Below, piece after piece: positions 11,858-24,288 of a stretch of DNA of 64,000 bases; within the stretch, counting starts at the first letter, position 1, and each line of letters begins with the position of its first letter. Source of the stretch: Torpedo marmorata (lineage: Eukaryota); the NCBI GenBank assembly GCA_977017645.1, contig OZ360229.1, positions 103,850,001 to 103,914,000 on the forward strand. Reading direction: 5' to 3'. The position numbers and the translations under genes are program-made. The notes beneath the pieces were generated by a model. That model saw nothing but the letters and a program-made list of their open reading frames with translations, was not told where the DNA came from and searched no databases.

Positions 11858-14185
11858 TTATAAAGAATTTACAAAGTACAAATCGAGTCGATCAGGCGGT
11901 CGGGTCCGCCGCTGTGATCGGCGCGGTACTTGTGGTGATGGGGCATGCGGCGGTGCTGCCTCCTGCCTGATTTGGGGTACCGGCACATCTGGCGTTCGCA
12001 AAACCTCGTGTGAATATGCCGGTACGTTTGGTGTCATGTTTGAATTGGGTGGTGCCTCTTGTGTGTCTTTAATTGTATGTACGGGTGTGACAGTAAATAC
12101 GGAGTGTTCGAGGGCGGGTCCCAGTGCTCCTGCAGGCGCCAGGTCCCGGATGGAGACCGTGTCTTCCCGCCCATCAAGAAAAACCACGTAGGCGTACTGG
12201 GGGTTCGCGTGTACTAATTGAACCCTCTCGACCAGGAGTACTTATTGCTCCTGACATGTTTCCGGAGCAGCACTGGCCCTGAGGACGTCAGCCATGCTGG
12301 TAGGGTAGTCCCGGTGGTTGAATTCCTTGGGAAGGAAAAGAGTCTCTCATGAGGTGTGGCATTGGTTGATGTGCATAGCAGGGATCGGATGGAGTGGAGT
12401 GCCTCGGGAAGGACTTCTTGCCAGCGGGAGACTGGTAATCCCTTAGACCTGAGGGCTAAGAGTGTGGCCTTCCAGACCATGGCGTTCTCCCTCTCCACGT
12501 CCATTTCCCCGTGGGTTATAGCTCATGGTCCTGCTAGTCGCGATACCCCTGGCCAGCAGGTAGTGGCGCAGCTCGTCACTCATAAACGAGGACCCTCGGT
12601 CACTATGTATACAGCAGGGGTATCCAACCAATGTGAAGAGTTTGCGGAGGGCTTTTATGACCAAGGTGGTAGTGGTATCGGGGCAGGGAATGGCGAAAGG
12701 GAACCGCGAGTATTCGTCAATGACGTTGCGGAAGTACACATTGCAGTCGGTGGAGGGAAGGGGGCCCCTAAAGTCGACGCTTAGCTGCTCAAACAGGCGG
12801 GTTGCTTTTATCAACTGTGCTTTGTCAGGTCTGTAGAAGTGCGGTTTGCACTCTGCGCAGACTTGACAGCTCCCGGTCATCGTCCTGACCTCTTCCAGGG
12901 CTTACAGCAGGTTACGAGCTTTTACAAAGTGGAAAAGCCGGGTGACTCCGGGGTGGCAGAGGTCGCAGTGGAGGGCATATAACCAGTCGATCTGTGCGCT
13001 GGCGCACGTCCCCCGGGATAGAGCATCGGAGGGCTCATTGAGCTTCCCGGGCCGGTACATTATATCATAGTTGTAGGTGGAGAGTTCGATCCTCCACCTC
13101 AGGATTTTATCATTTTTGATTTTACCCCGCTGCTGGTTGCTGAACATGAATGCGACTGAGCATTGGTCAGTCAGCAGGGTAAACCTTTTGCCGGCGAGAT
13201 AGTGCCTCCAGTGCCTGATAGCTTCCACTATGGCGTGGGCCTCTTTCTCCACTGCTGAGTGCCGAATTTCTGGGCCTTGAAGTGTACGGGAGAAGAACGC
13301 CACCGGTCTTCCCACTTGGTTGAGGGTAGCAGACAGTGCGAAGTTAGACGCGTCGCTCTCTACTTGGAAGGGAGTGGACTCGTCCACCGCGCTGCTCTGG
13401 CAATGTCCCCTTTTATGAGGCTGAAAGCCTCATGTGCCTCCGCTGCAAGGGGAAAAGTGGTGGACTTGACAAGGGGGCGGGCCTTGTCCGCATAATTAGG
13501 GACCCATTGAGCATAGTAAGAAAAGAAGCCCAAGCACCTTTGAGGGCTCTGAGGGTGTAGGGAAGCGGTAGTTCCAACAGGGGGCACATGCGGTCAGGGT
13601 CAGAGCTGATGACCCCGTTCTCCACAACACACCCTAGTCGGGTGGTTCCGAACATGCACTTATCCTTGTTATAGGTGAGGTTAAGTGCTTTGGTTGTCTG
13701 GAGGAACTTCCGGAGATTGTTATCATGGTCCTGCCGGTCGTGACTGCAGATCGTGATGTTGTCTAGGTATGGAAAAGTGGCCTTTAATTTGTACTGGTCC
13801 ACCATCCTGTCCATCTCCCTCTGGAAGACTGATACCCCAGTTGTGACCCCGAAGGGGACGCGCAGGATATGATAGAGTCTGCTGTCCGCCTCGAAGGCGG
13901 TGTAGGGGCGGTCCTCCAGGCGAGTGGGGACCTGGTGGTAGGCAGATTTGAGGTCTATGGTGGAGAATAGCTTATATTGGGCTATCTGGTTCACCATATC
14001 TTCGATGCGTGGTAGAGGGTATGCGTCAAGCTGTGTGAACCTATTGACGGTCTGACTATTATCTACCACCATCCTATTTTTCTCCCCGTTCTTGACGACA
14101 ACCACCTGGGTCCTCCAGGGACTCGTGCTCGCCTCGATGATCCCTTCCCCAAGTAATCACTGCACCTCTGACTTAATGAATGCCC
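11858..14185 (-). pseudogene. Gypsy A pol (RT, RNase H, integrase), fragmented
   Basis: ORF pieces carry DAYPLP, IDLKSAYHQ, PFG, YLDN, VESDAS, EKEA, LCHPG..CQVC, IHSDRG and RRTRPPDRLDL. Confidence 0.92.
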
Positions 14186-14438
14186 TGTGGTAAACCACTG
14201 TGTTTGTATTTGTGGTATGTACAGGTATTACAGGCCGGACTGATGTCTACTCCCTCCCCTCCCTTGGGTGTCCAGGTAATCCCTCCCCTTTCCTCACCTG
14301 AATAAAGGCCACTGTATCTCGGCCACCCCCTCCAGTCCGGATCTGATCGAGTAGGAAGCACGGCTTCATTCTTAGTCAATAAAAGCCTATGATTCACTTG
14401 CTCTCACAGTCTTCGAGTGATTATTGATAGGCCTATCA
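14186..14438 (+). repeat. 5' LTR of Gypsy B
   Basis: TGTGG...TATCA; TATA-like aataaagg at 14301 and AATAAA at 14378. Confidence 0.96.
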
Positions 14439-14461
14439 ATTTTATTGACTAAGTACTTCTG

Positions 14462-17400
14462 ATGGAAGGAGCACTACGGCCGGCTATCCTCGACCTCGAT
14501 CACCTAGCCCACGATGCCGGTAACGTCTTCGAACACTGGCTGCGATGTCTAGAATCGTTTATGGACACCATCGAAGCCGTAAGTGAAGCGCAACGATTGA
14601 AAGTCCTCATCTCCAGGGTGAGCTCTCGAGTGTACGTTACGATAAGAGACTGTGAAACCTACACGGGGGCTATGGATGCCCTGAGAGGAATCTACCTGTC
14701 GCCTGTCAACGGGGTCTACGCGCGATACCGGCTCTACTCCCGAATGCAGCGAGCAGGGGAATCGACCGTGGAATATGTCAGGGCCATACAGTCACTAGCA
14801 CGGGCGTGCAACTGTAAAGCCCTGACTGCTGAGGAACATTTGCGAGTGGTGGAGCGAGATGCGTTCATCATGGGGCTCAGGTCGGTATATGTGCGCCAGA
14901 GACTGCTAGAGCACGCCGACCTGGACTTTCGGGGGGCCGTAGCGATGGTCCGCACGTTGGAGACCGCGCAGCGGAACTCCGATGCCATGCAAGCTCGCGA
15001 CCCCCAGCCCGCAACGTGGTCAGCCCCATCTCCCAGCCCTGCGAACGAGATGACCGCCGCTGCCGCCATCCGTGCCGACCCGACCGCTACCGCGATCCTC
15101 ACCGCCGCTGCAGCCAGCCGCGAGCCCGAGAAGTGTTACTTCTGCGGGCTTGAGAAGCACCCGCGGAAGCGCTGCCCGGCCCGCGACGCAACTTGTTCCG
15201 GATGCGGCAGGAAAGGCCACTACGTGAAGGCCTGCCGCTCCAAGTCGCGCCCGGGTCTGAGCAGCGCCGCGTGCGAGCTGCGGGGGCAGCCATCTTACCT
15301 GAGGAGGCTTCCGGAGTCAGCCTCGTGCGAGCTGCGGGGGCAGCCATCTTACCTGCGGGAGCTTCCGGAATTGGCCTCATGCGAGCCGCGGGGGTGGCCA
15401 TCTTTGATGCTGGCACTTCCGGCGCCACCCGCGTCGGTACTTCCGGCCATACTACCGCCGCCATCTTACGGCAGCAGCAGCAGCGACACGTGCGAGCCAC
15501 GGGAGCGGCCATCTTTGTCGGCAGTAGAAGAAGATGAAGAATACATCGCAACTCTTGCCTCAGTCACCCTCGACCAGAACATCCCTCACCAGTTGTCGAG
15601 ATCCATGATGGACATTCTGGTGGAGGGACACAAAACCACCTGCCTCTTCGATACGGGCAGTACGGAGAGCTTCATCCACCCGGACACTGTCCAGCGCTGT
15701 GGCCTCACTACCATACCGGTAAGCCAGAGGGTGGCCATGGCGTCTGGGTCACACACAACAGACATCCGGGGGACTTGTGTGGCTGATATTGTTGTACAGG
15801 GGACTAAGTATAAACATTTTTCTTTATTTATAATGAATCGTTTGTGTGCACCCGTATTGTTGGGACTTGATTTTCAGAGCCACTTGCGCAGTGTTACTAT
15901 GCGGTACGATGGTCCCCACCCTGCGATCACTGTAGTCAACCACCAGTTCCATAATAATGAGCCCCAGACTACCTGTGGCCTCTCCACTCTTAAGATCTCG
16001 CCTCCGTCGTTATTCGCCAACCTGACCCCTGACTGTAAGCCTGTTGCAACCAAGAGCAGGCGATACAGTTCGGAGGACAGGGCGTTTATCAAGACGGAGG
16101 TACAGAGGTTGCTACAAGAGGGGATTATTGAAAGGAGCAATAGTCCCTGGAGGGCCCAGGTGGTTGTGGTAAAAGGGGCCAAGAGTAGGATGGTGGTGGA
16201 CTACAGTCAGACGATTAACCGGTTCACCCTGTTGGACGCATACCCGCTACCAAGAATTGCGGATATGGTTAATCAGATCGCTCAGTATAAGGTCTTTTCT
16301 ACGATTGACCTGAAGTCCGCGTACCATCAGCTCCCTATCCGTCGGGAGGACCGCCAGTACACTGCGTTCGAGGCTGACGGGAAACTGTTCCACTTCCTGC
16401 GGGTCCCGTTCGGGGTGACTAATGGTGTTTCTGTGTTCCAGCGGGAGATGAATAACATGGTAGAGGTATATAAACTTAAAGCCACCTTCCCGTATCTGGA
16501 CGATATCACCATCTGTGGGCTGGATCGCCAGGATCACGACACCAATCTCCGGAAGTTCCTGCAGGCGGCTAAAGCACTAAACCTAACATACAATAAAGAT
16601 AAATGTGTGTTCGGTACCACGCGCCTCGCTATTTTGGGGTACGTGGTAGAGAACGGGGTGATTGGGCCAGACCCCGATCGCATGCGCCCCCTACTGGAAC
16701 TTCCACTACCCTCCACCCCCAAAGCACTCAAGCGATGCCTCGGGTTCTTTTCATATTATGCACAATGGGTACCGAATTATGCAGATAAGGCCCGACCCCT
16801 GGTGAAATCCACCGTATTTCCCCTTGACTCGGAGGCACGTAAGGCTTTTGACCTTATAAAAGGGGACATTGCGCGAGCAACAATGCACGCGGTGGATGAG
16901 GAGATACCTTTCCAGGTAGAGAGTGACGCGTCGGACTTCGCGCTGGCTGCTACCCTCAACCAAGCGGGAAGGCCGGTGGCGTTTTTCTCGCGCACCCTTC
17001 AAGGCCCCGAAATTCGGCACTCCGCGGTAGAGAAAGAAGCCCAGGCCATCGTGGAAGCAATCAGGCACTGGAGGCACTATCTCGCCGGCAAGCATTTTAC
17101 CCTGCTGACCGACCAACGCTCGGTGGCATTTATGTTCAGCAACCAACAGCGGGGTAAGATCAAAAACGACAAGATCATGAGGTGGAGAATAGAACTCTCC
17201 ACCTATAACTACGACATCCTCTACCGGCCCGGGAAGCTCAATGAGCCCTCAGACGCTCTATCCCGGGGATCATGCGCCAGCGCGCAGATCGACCGATTAC
17301 ACGCCCTACAAGACCTCCTCTGTCACCCAGGAGTTACCAGGCTTTTTCACTTTGTGAAGGCACAGAACCTGCCATACTCCCTGGAGGAAGTCAGGACTTT

Positions 17401-18410
17401 GACCAGAGACTGTCAGGTTTGCGCAGAGTGCAAACCTCAGTTCTACCGCCCGGACAGGGCACAGCTGATCAAAGCCACGCGCCCCTTTGAACGTCTTAGT
17501 ATTGACTTCAAGGGGCCCCTTCCCTCCACGAACCGCAACGTGTACTTCCTAAACGTTGTTGACGAGTACTCGCGGTTCCCCTTTGCCATCCCCTGCCCCG
17601 ACACTTCAGCTACCTCAACCATAAAAGCTCTCCACCAGGTATTCGCGCTGTTTGGTTTCCCAAACTACATACATAGCGACCGGGGAGCAGCTTTTATGAG
17701 TGAGGAGCTGCGCAGGTACCTGCAGGACCGAGGCATCGCCACCAGCAGGACAACAGCATACAACCCCCGAGGAAATGGACAGGTGGAAAGGGAGAACGCT
17801 ACGGTGTGGAAGGCCGCGCTCCTAGCCCTTAAGTCAAAGGGCTGGCCGGTCTCCCGCTGGCAGGATGTTCTCCCCGAAGCCCTCCACTCTATCCCTACTA
17901 TGCACTTCCACCAACGCAACTCCTCATGAACGATTTTTTTCCTTCCCCAGGAAGTCGACCACCGGGACCTCCCTACCTGCCTGGCTTATGTCCCCGGGAC
18001 CAGTGCTGCTCCGCAACCACCTTCGGAGCAGCAAATATGAACCGACGGTTCAGAGGGTGCAGTTGGCGCACGCCAACCCCCAATATGCGTACGTGGTCTT
18101 CCCTGATGGACGAGAGGACACAGTCTCCATCCGAGACCTGGCGCCTGATGGGGCGCCAGAGGAGCATTCCGACGGGCAAGTCCACGTACTGCAAAACACA
18201 CCGCCACCCCTTCCTAACGCCCCACCCGATGTGTTAGACCCCGCCCCCTCAACGGGACCGCAAGCGTTCCGAGAGGCCAGGCAGGAGGCGACGGCACAGA
18301 CGAACCTACCACCTCCCCCATCACTAATATCTTCCCCAGCACCACAGCCCGACCCGACACTACGCAGGTCACAGCGGAAAATTCGGCCGCCGGATCGCCT
18401 GGACCTGTGA
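14462..18410 (+). CDS. gag-pol: Gypsy B Gag-Pol polyprotein; single ORF broken by one frameshift near 17890 in integrase
   Basis: The 1155-aa ORF has two CCHC-type knuckles (CYFC..H..C, CSGC..GH..C), protease LFDTGS, RT YLDD, RNase H SDAS and integrase IDFKG/HSDRG/VER. It continues in ORF 17865-18410 to PPDRLDL. Confidence 0.93.
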
Positions 18411-18498
18411 AAAGGAGGGTCTATATGTATATATATGTATTGTGTGATTAGAGTGGTCACGTCACCCCGCTGGACTCTTTCTAAAAAGGAGGGGTGAA

Positions 18499-18751
18499 TG
18501 TGGTAAACCACTGTGTTTGTATTTGTGGTATGTACAGGTATCACAGGCCGGACTGATGTCTACACCCTCCCCTCCCTTGGGTGTCCAGGTAATCCCTCCC
18601 CTTTCCTCACCTGAATAAAGGCCACTGTATCTCGGCCACCCCCTCCAGTCCGGATCTGATCGAGTAGGAAGCACGGCTTCATTCTTAGTCAATAAAAGCC
18701 TATGATTCACTTGCTCTCACAGTCTTCGAGTGATTATTGATAGGCCTATCA
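18499..18751 (+). repeat. 3' LTR of Gypsy B
   Basis: Direct repeat of 14186-14438. Confidence 0.96.
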
Positions 18752-18756
18752 TGCCC

Positions 18757-20243
18757 TGTCCCCTGTGCTGTATCTCCTGCTCTTGGTTGCCACGGGTTTA
18801 CAATCAGGGGTCAGATTGGGGAAGAGTGTTGGGGGTGGGATCTTGAGGGTGGATAGACCGCAAGTAGCGTGGTGTGACGAAATACATCTGCCGTTTTTAA
18901 GAAATTGGTGGTTACCGACAGTAATTGGTGGGACGGGCCCGTCATACTCCATAGTCACACTTTGGAGGTGACTCTGGAAGTCGAGCCCCAGTAGTACAGG
19001 GGCACACAGTCAGGACATGACCAATAGCGTGAAGTCCCGGTATTCAGTGTCCTGCACCACTAGCATCGCTACACAACCCCCCCGGATGTCTGTTGTGTGC
19101 GACCCGGAAGCCATGGCAACCCTCTGGCTTATCGGCTGTGTCTTGAGGCCGCATCACTGTACCGTGTCTTGGTGAATGAAGCTCTCTGTGCTGTCTGTGT
19201 CGAACAGGCAGTTTGTTCTGTGTCCCTTGACCAGGATGTCCATCATCGACCTCGCGAGTTGGTGGGGTGCACTCTGATCGAGTGTAACTGACGCCAACGT
19301 TGAGTCGCTGTCTTGATCCGACGCGATGGAGTGCCTGCCATTCCGGGATATCGGCACCCTGTGCCGGCGCGGTGGCGTGGAACAAAATGGCCGCTCCCAT
19401 GGCTCGCACGTGTTGGCCGCGGGTAAGTAAGATGGCGACGACGGAAGTGACGACACGCAAGATGGCCACCCCCATGTCTCGCACGCGGCGCTGCTCGATC
19501 CCGCTTGTGGTTTAGATCTACAGACCTTAGCGAAATGGCCTTTCTTCCTGCAACTGGAGCAGGTCGCTTCTCGGGCCGGGCAACGTTTCCGGGAGTGCTT
19601 TTCAAGTCCGCAGAAGTAGCATTTCTCGGATCGCGGCTGACGGCAGCTGTGGTCGATTCACCGGCGTGGTGTGGGGTCTGCAGTATCCACGGAGCCTGCG
19701 GGAGATTGCGTGCCTGTATAGCATCAGAGTTCTGTAGCGCGGCCTCCAGTGTATCGGCCAGCTTGTTCGCGGAACGGAAGATGAGGTCAGCTTGTTCCAG
19801 CAGCCGCTGGCGCACATACACTGACCTCGTCCCCATAACAAAAGCGTCTCTTACTAGGAGCTCTGCGTGTTGTTCGGCCGTCAGTCCCTGGCAGTCACAG
19901 GCCCGCACGAGTGTCTGTAGGGCCCGGACGAACTCTGCGCTCGACTCTCCGGGCCACTGCTGCCGCGTCGCTAGCCGGTGTCGCGCATATACAGTATTCA
20001 CAGGCCGTATATACTGCTTTTTAAGGGCATTCATAGCGTCTTCGTAAGTCTGCAGATCTCTGATCATGGAGTAGACTCGTGGGTTTACCCTAGAGAGGAG
20101 GACCTTGCGTTTTGCGGTGTCTTCTTGTACCTTGATCTCCTCCAGGAACGACTCAAAATAGGCTAGCCAGAGTTCAAAAGCATTGCCGGCCTCTGGTGTT
20201 TGTGGATCGAGGTCCAGTTTGTTTGGTCTCAAGACATTCTCAT
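18757..20243 (-). pseudogene. Gypsy A gag-protease, frameshifted
   Basis: ORFs 19243-20232, 19154-19456 and 18749-18958 are homologous to the N-terminal part of elements B and C. Confidence 0.9.
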
Positions 20244-20266
20244 TCTTACAATTTTGCCAATAAAAT

Positions 20267-20500
20267 TGATGAGCCCATCAATAACTCCAAAAGACTAGAA
20301 GTTACACTAGAAGTGAAAGCTTTTATTGGCAAAAGAATGGAGCTAAATCCGTGCTTATAATCTGTCCCGGTCTGGGGTAGGAGTGGTGGCACAATGGCCT
20401 TTATTCAGGGGGTCTGGGGAAGGAGCCACCGGGACAGTCAGCAGAGGGCACGTCCAGACATATCACCCATCCCACAACCTATACATAGTGGTTTACCACA
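20267..20500 (-). repeat. 5' LTR of Gypsy A
   Basis: Direct repeat of 11573-11807; gag starts immediately inside it. Confidence 0.93.
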
Positions 20501-20554
20501 CGCAGTGGGGAATTTAGGCCCAGTTCTTTGAGTTTGCTGATAAACTGTGACGTC

Positions 20555-20957
20555 TGAATAAAAAGGTTCCAGGTTCACGATCCACTCCAGAGGTGAGAGC
20601 ACAAAATTGTATGTTAACACTCCATTGCACGATTAAAAGGGGGCTGCATTGCTGGAGGTGCAGTCTATCAGGTGGAACATTAAACCAGAGCCATTTAGCT
20701 CTTCAAACAGCACAGAAAACTCCATGGCAGTGTTTAAAGAACAGAAAGGTTGATTGACCAATATTTAAGCACGAAACACTTTAAAATAGATTACCTGGTC
20801 ATTATTACACTACTTTTGTGGGAGCTTACTGTGTGCAAATCAGATGATGTGTTTCCTACAGTACACCAGTGTCCACGCTTCAAAACCTACTCATTGGTTG
20901 TTAAGATACTCAAAAGAGTGTGAAAGACCCTTTATAAGTGGAATTCCTTCTTTCTTA
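20555..20957 (+). mobile_element. DeuSINE (SacSINE1/AmnSINE1-like), degenerate
   Basis: Matches the consensus blocks as I recall them: gagcacaaaa..., ctgcattgctggaggtgc..., attaaacc, agattacctggtcattat, tttgtgggagcttactgtgtgcaaat, tttcctaca, cttcaaaa...cattgg, ending in a cttt tail. Confidence 0.7.
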
Positions 20958-22950
20958 CTCAATCATCTGTCGAGACTATGAAAAGATATTGAAATATTCC
21001 ATGTCTGAACTTTATCTCTTAAAATTGGACAACGTATTTCCGAGCCAAGATTAGAGGTCAGAGAAAGCTTCAGATTGCATCCAACTGCACCATAAGTAAT
21101 TTGAAGTGTTTTATATATTCCAAGCCACATCAATGAATCTCCTTCACTTTGAACACAAAAAAAATCATGAAGAAATATTTAAAAATAGTATTAATATGCT
21201 GACACTGGTTAAATACAAGTCAGAATATCAACCCAGATACAAATTAGTTGTATGTGGTTAATCCAAGCTGTTAGGTCAACTAATTAAATTGCTAGTGAAT
21301 AGCAGAATGTTATCATCAGCAGAATTAATTCTCTCCAACAAAACTGTGTTTCAGACCTCATGAACAAGGACGAATACCATGTTGGTATGTATGCTTATAT
21401 AATACAGGCCTTTGTTGATGGGTGGGCCAGGTGTCTTTCATTGTGAAGTCTAATTACTGGAATTCTTTGACTGCTAATGTTTATCTGTCCAGGGCACTTG
21501 CTGACTGAAAAAAACAAGTAACAACATCTGCAGATGTTACTGGGGCCAAGATCCTGTGTAAAACAGGCAGAGAATCTCAATGACGGTTACTAATGGTTAA
21601 AAAGAGGAAAAGGAGCAACACCTTTGACAAATTATGCCAACAGCAACCATACCCTAGTGGCAACAAGAGACTACTGAACACTGCAAAATGTTTGAACAAG
21701 GGCTTTTAAAATGAACAACAAACCAACTAACTCTTAATAGCTTATATTTTTATTTTCACTGCACCCCATGCATTCTTGCTCCACCTACTGAACACTGCAA
21801 AAGAACAAAATCCCTGGGTAACACAGGTCAAAAAGCATGTGCAGGAGAAACTAGTTATAATGGCCCACAAAATATATCCTATAAAGATTTCTTTAACCCT
21901 TCGATTACTGAAGCCAAAGTGGACAGCAATTTTGGATTTGAAGTCTGAATCACGGTGACTATTTATTGAGCATTTTTATACCACAATTACATCTGAATTT
22001 TTGCACATTATTATTAATCGCTATCAGTTTCAGATCAAACGCACTGCAATTAGTAAAAAACTGGAGCCTTCCATTCAGCAGTGAGCGCCTGTCACCATTT
22101 ACCCCAAAGAGGCCAGGCCACAAAGATTAACCAGCCTCTGAAGCATCAAGTTCCATGTACCCAATGCTGGCACATCCATTATAGGAGATGTGTGAAGTTC
22201 AATAATAGTGAAATCATCAAGAATGCCAATCAGATATGAACGTTTTCACAGAGCATAAGATAAGAAGTAAAAATCACTCCATTTTATAATCATAGTATAT
22301 TTTAAAAAATCAAGAATACGAGCCAGGATTTAGCTGGATTTTTCAGGACTAGAGAGGTTATTCAGTGGTATTTAGGGCTTCATACATTCTTAAACCTCAT
22401 TCATTGTGGCTTAAAGATTTTCAAAATAATAATTGAAAGTTACCATTAAAATTCATAACAATGCTTCTGAATCGACCAAATCCACAAAAGTTCGAACAAC
22501 ACACCAAACTTCATTTGCAGACAAGCCACGTGTCTGATTGCTACACTGTCCTGTTTAGTTATGCACGTATGTAGACACCATCTCTGTCATTTCACAATTT
22601 TACAATTGTAAATGACATGCCAATTTATGATTAATGATGAGAGCTCACTTAACTTCATGCAAACCTGACTATTGTAACAGATTAATTACCGAATATTTTG
22701 GCGAATAAGTCGACTCGCGGAAAAGTTGACCACCCTTTTTCAGCCTAATTTTAATGGTTTTATTGTATATCCGGTGTATAAGTCGACCCCCAAAAATTGC
22801 GATGCCTGAGATGCTGAGCGTTGACCGGCGTATAAGTCGACCCCCAAAAATCGCAATGATTGCGCTACTGGGCGTTGACCGGCGTATAGGTCGACCCACA
22901 ACGATCGTGCTGATTTAGCTGCTGGGCGTTGGCTGGAGGTGATTGTTATC

Positions 22951-24223
22951 ATGGAGGCTCAATTGAAACGACGAAAGTATGAGGCGAGTTTTAAATTAAA
23001 AGTGATAGAAATGGGCAAGAAAACCAACAACTGTGTTGCTGCAAGAAAATTTGATATATATGAGAAGTTGGTAAGAGATTGGAGGAAGAAAGAAGATATT
23101 TTAAGAAAAATACCAAAAAGGCAATGTTCGATGAGAAGAGGAATCACTCGTTGGCCAGAGTTGGAAAATCATGTTGCAGCATGGGTACGTGAACAGAGGC
23201 AAGATTGCTACATAGTCACCCAAAATAAAAGAACATTTGCACTGAAGTGGGCAAAGTCGCACCCAGAACTCAGTAATGATTTTGAAGCTACAGTAGGCTG
23301 GTGCAACCGTTTTATGAACAGGAAAAATCTGGTATTACGACAAAAAACAAAAATTGCTCAGAAACTACCAAAAGATCTTGATCATAAAGTTGTAAGTTTT
23401 CACCAGTTTATTTTACGTAACCGGCAGAAGCACCAGTTTGCATTGGCAAATATTGGAAACATGGACGAAACCCTCATGAATTTTGACATGATAGGCAATA
23501 GAACAGTGGAATGGAAAGGTGTGAAAACTGTGCAAACCAGGAGTACAGGCCATGAAAGGACCAGGTTTACTGTGCATGGCCGACGGGACAAAGTTAAGAC
23601 CCATGGTAATCTTCAAACGTAAATTTAAACCTAAAATAAAATTCCCTGCGGGTATTTTTGTACATTTTCATGAAAAAGGATGGATGGATGAAAATGGTGT
23701 AAGACTATGGATAGACAATGTGTGGAACAGGCGGCCAGGTGGTTTACGCAAGGAACGGAGTTTGCTGGTCTGGGATATGTTTCGTAGCCACTTAACTGAG
23801 AAGACTAAAAGTAGATTAGCACAACATAATACTTACATGGCGGTTATCCCGGGTGGTTTGACGTCTATATTGCAACCTCTCGATGTCTGCTTGAACAAGC
23901 CATTCAAAGACGATGTGCGTGAAGAGTGGAATACATGGATGTCGAGTGCATCGCTTGATGTGCTGTGTGACTTTGTGCTCAAGGCATGGGACAAAGTGAA
24001 AGTAGAGACTGTAATAAAATCGTTTAAAAAGTGCGGTATCTCTTGTGCAATTGATGGTACGGAAGATGATTTATTGTGGGACACTGACAACGAAGCTGAA
24101 GACGTCTCATCAGATACAGACTGGGACCCGTACGATGACTGTTTAAACAGTGAGACCCCGGATGTGCTTGCCGAGATCTTTGCCTCAGACGATGATAGCG
24201 AAAGTGATTTTGAAGGGTTCTAA
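22951..24223 (+). pseudogene. pogo transposase (Brinker-type DBD, CENP-B HTH, DD35D), frameshift near 23570
   Basis: RRKYEASFKLKVI..KLVRDWRK, WPELE..W, GWCNRFMNR, NMDET, VWD-35aa-LD(VCLNKPFK) and an acidic tail. Confidence 0.9.
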
Positions 24224-24288
24224 ATGTCTTGTTGTTTTTTTCAATAAAAATGTCAATGAAAATTTGTTGCAGTCGGTTTTTTTTTGGT

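Larger units (their letters stand above)
14186..18751 (+). mobile_element. Gypsy LTR retrotransposon B, young and nearly intact, inserted antisense into element A
   Basis: The 253-bp LTRs 14186-14438 and 18499-18751 differ at 2 positions. The TSD is TGCCC (14181-14185 and 18752-18756), and PPT aaaaaggaggggtgaa precedes 18499. Confidence 0.97.
11573..20500 (-). mobile_element. Gypsy LTR retrotransposon A (degenerate full length), containing nested element B
   Basis: LTRs are 20267-20500 and 11573-11807, with about 20 differences by eye. The TSD is CACAG/CGCAG, a PPT adjoins 11808, and domain order is gag-PR-RT-RH-IN. Confidence 0.95.

Noticed and set aside
14734-20047. Antisense and alternate-frame ORFs over the Gypsy elements
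   Set aside because: They are shadows of GC-rich coding sequence with no independent motifs.
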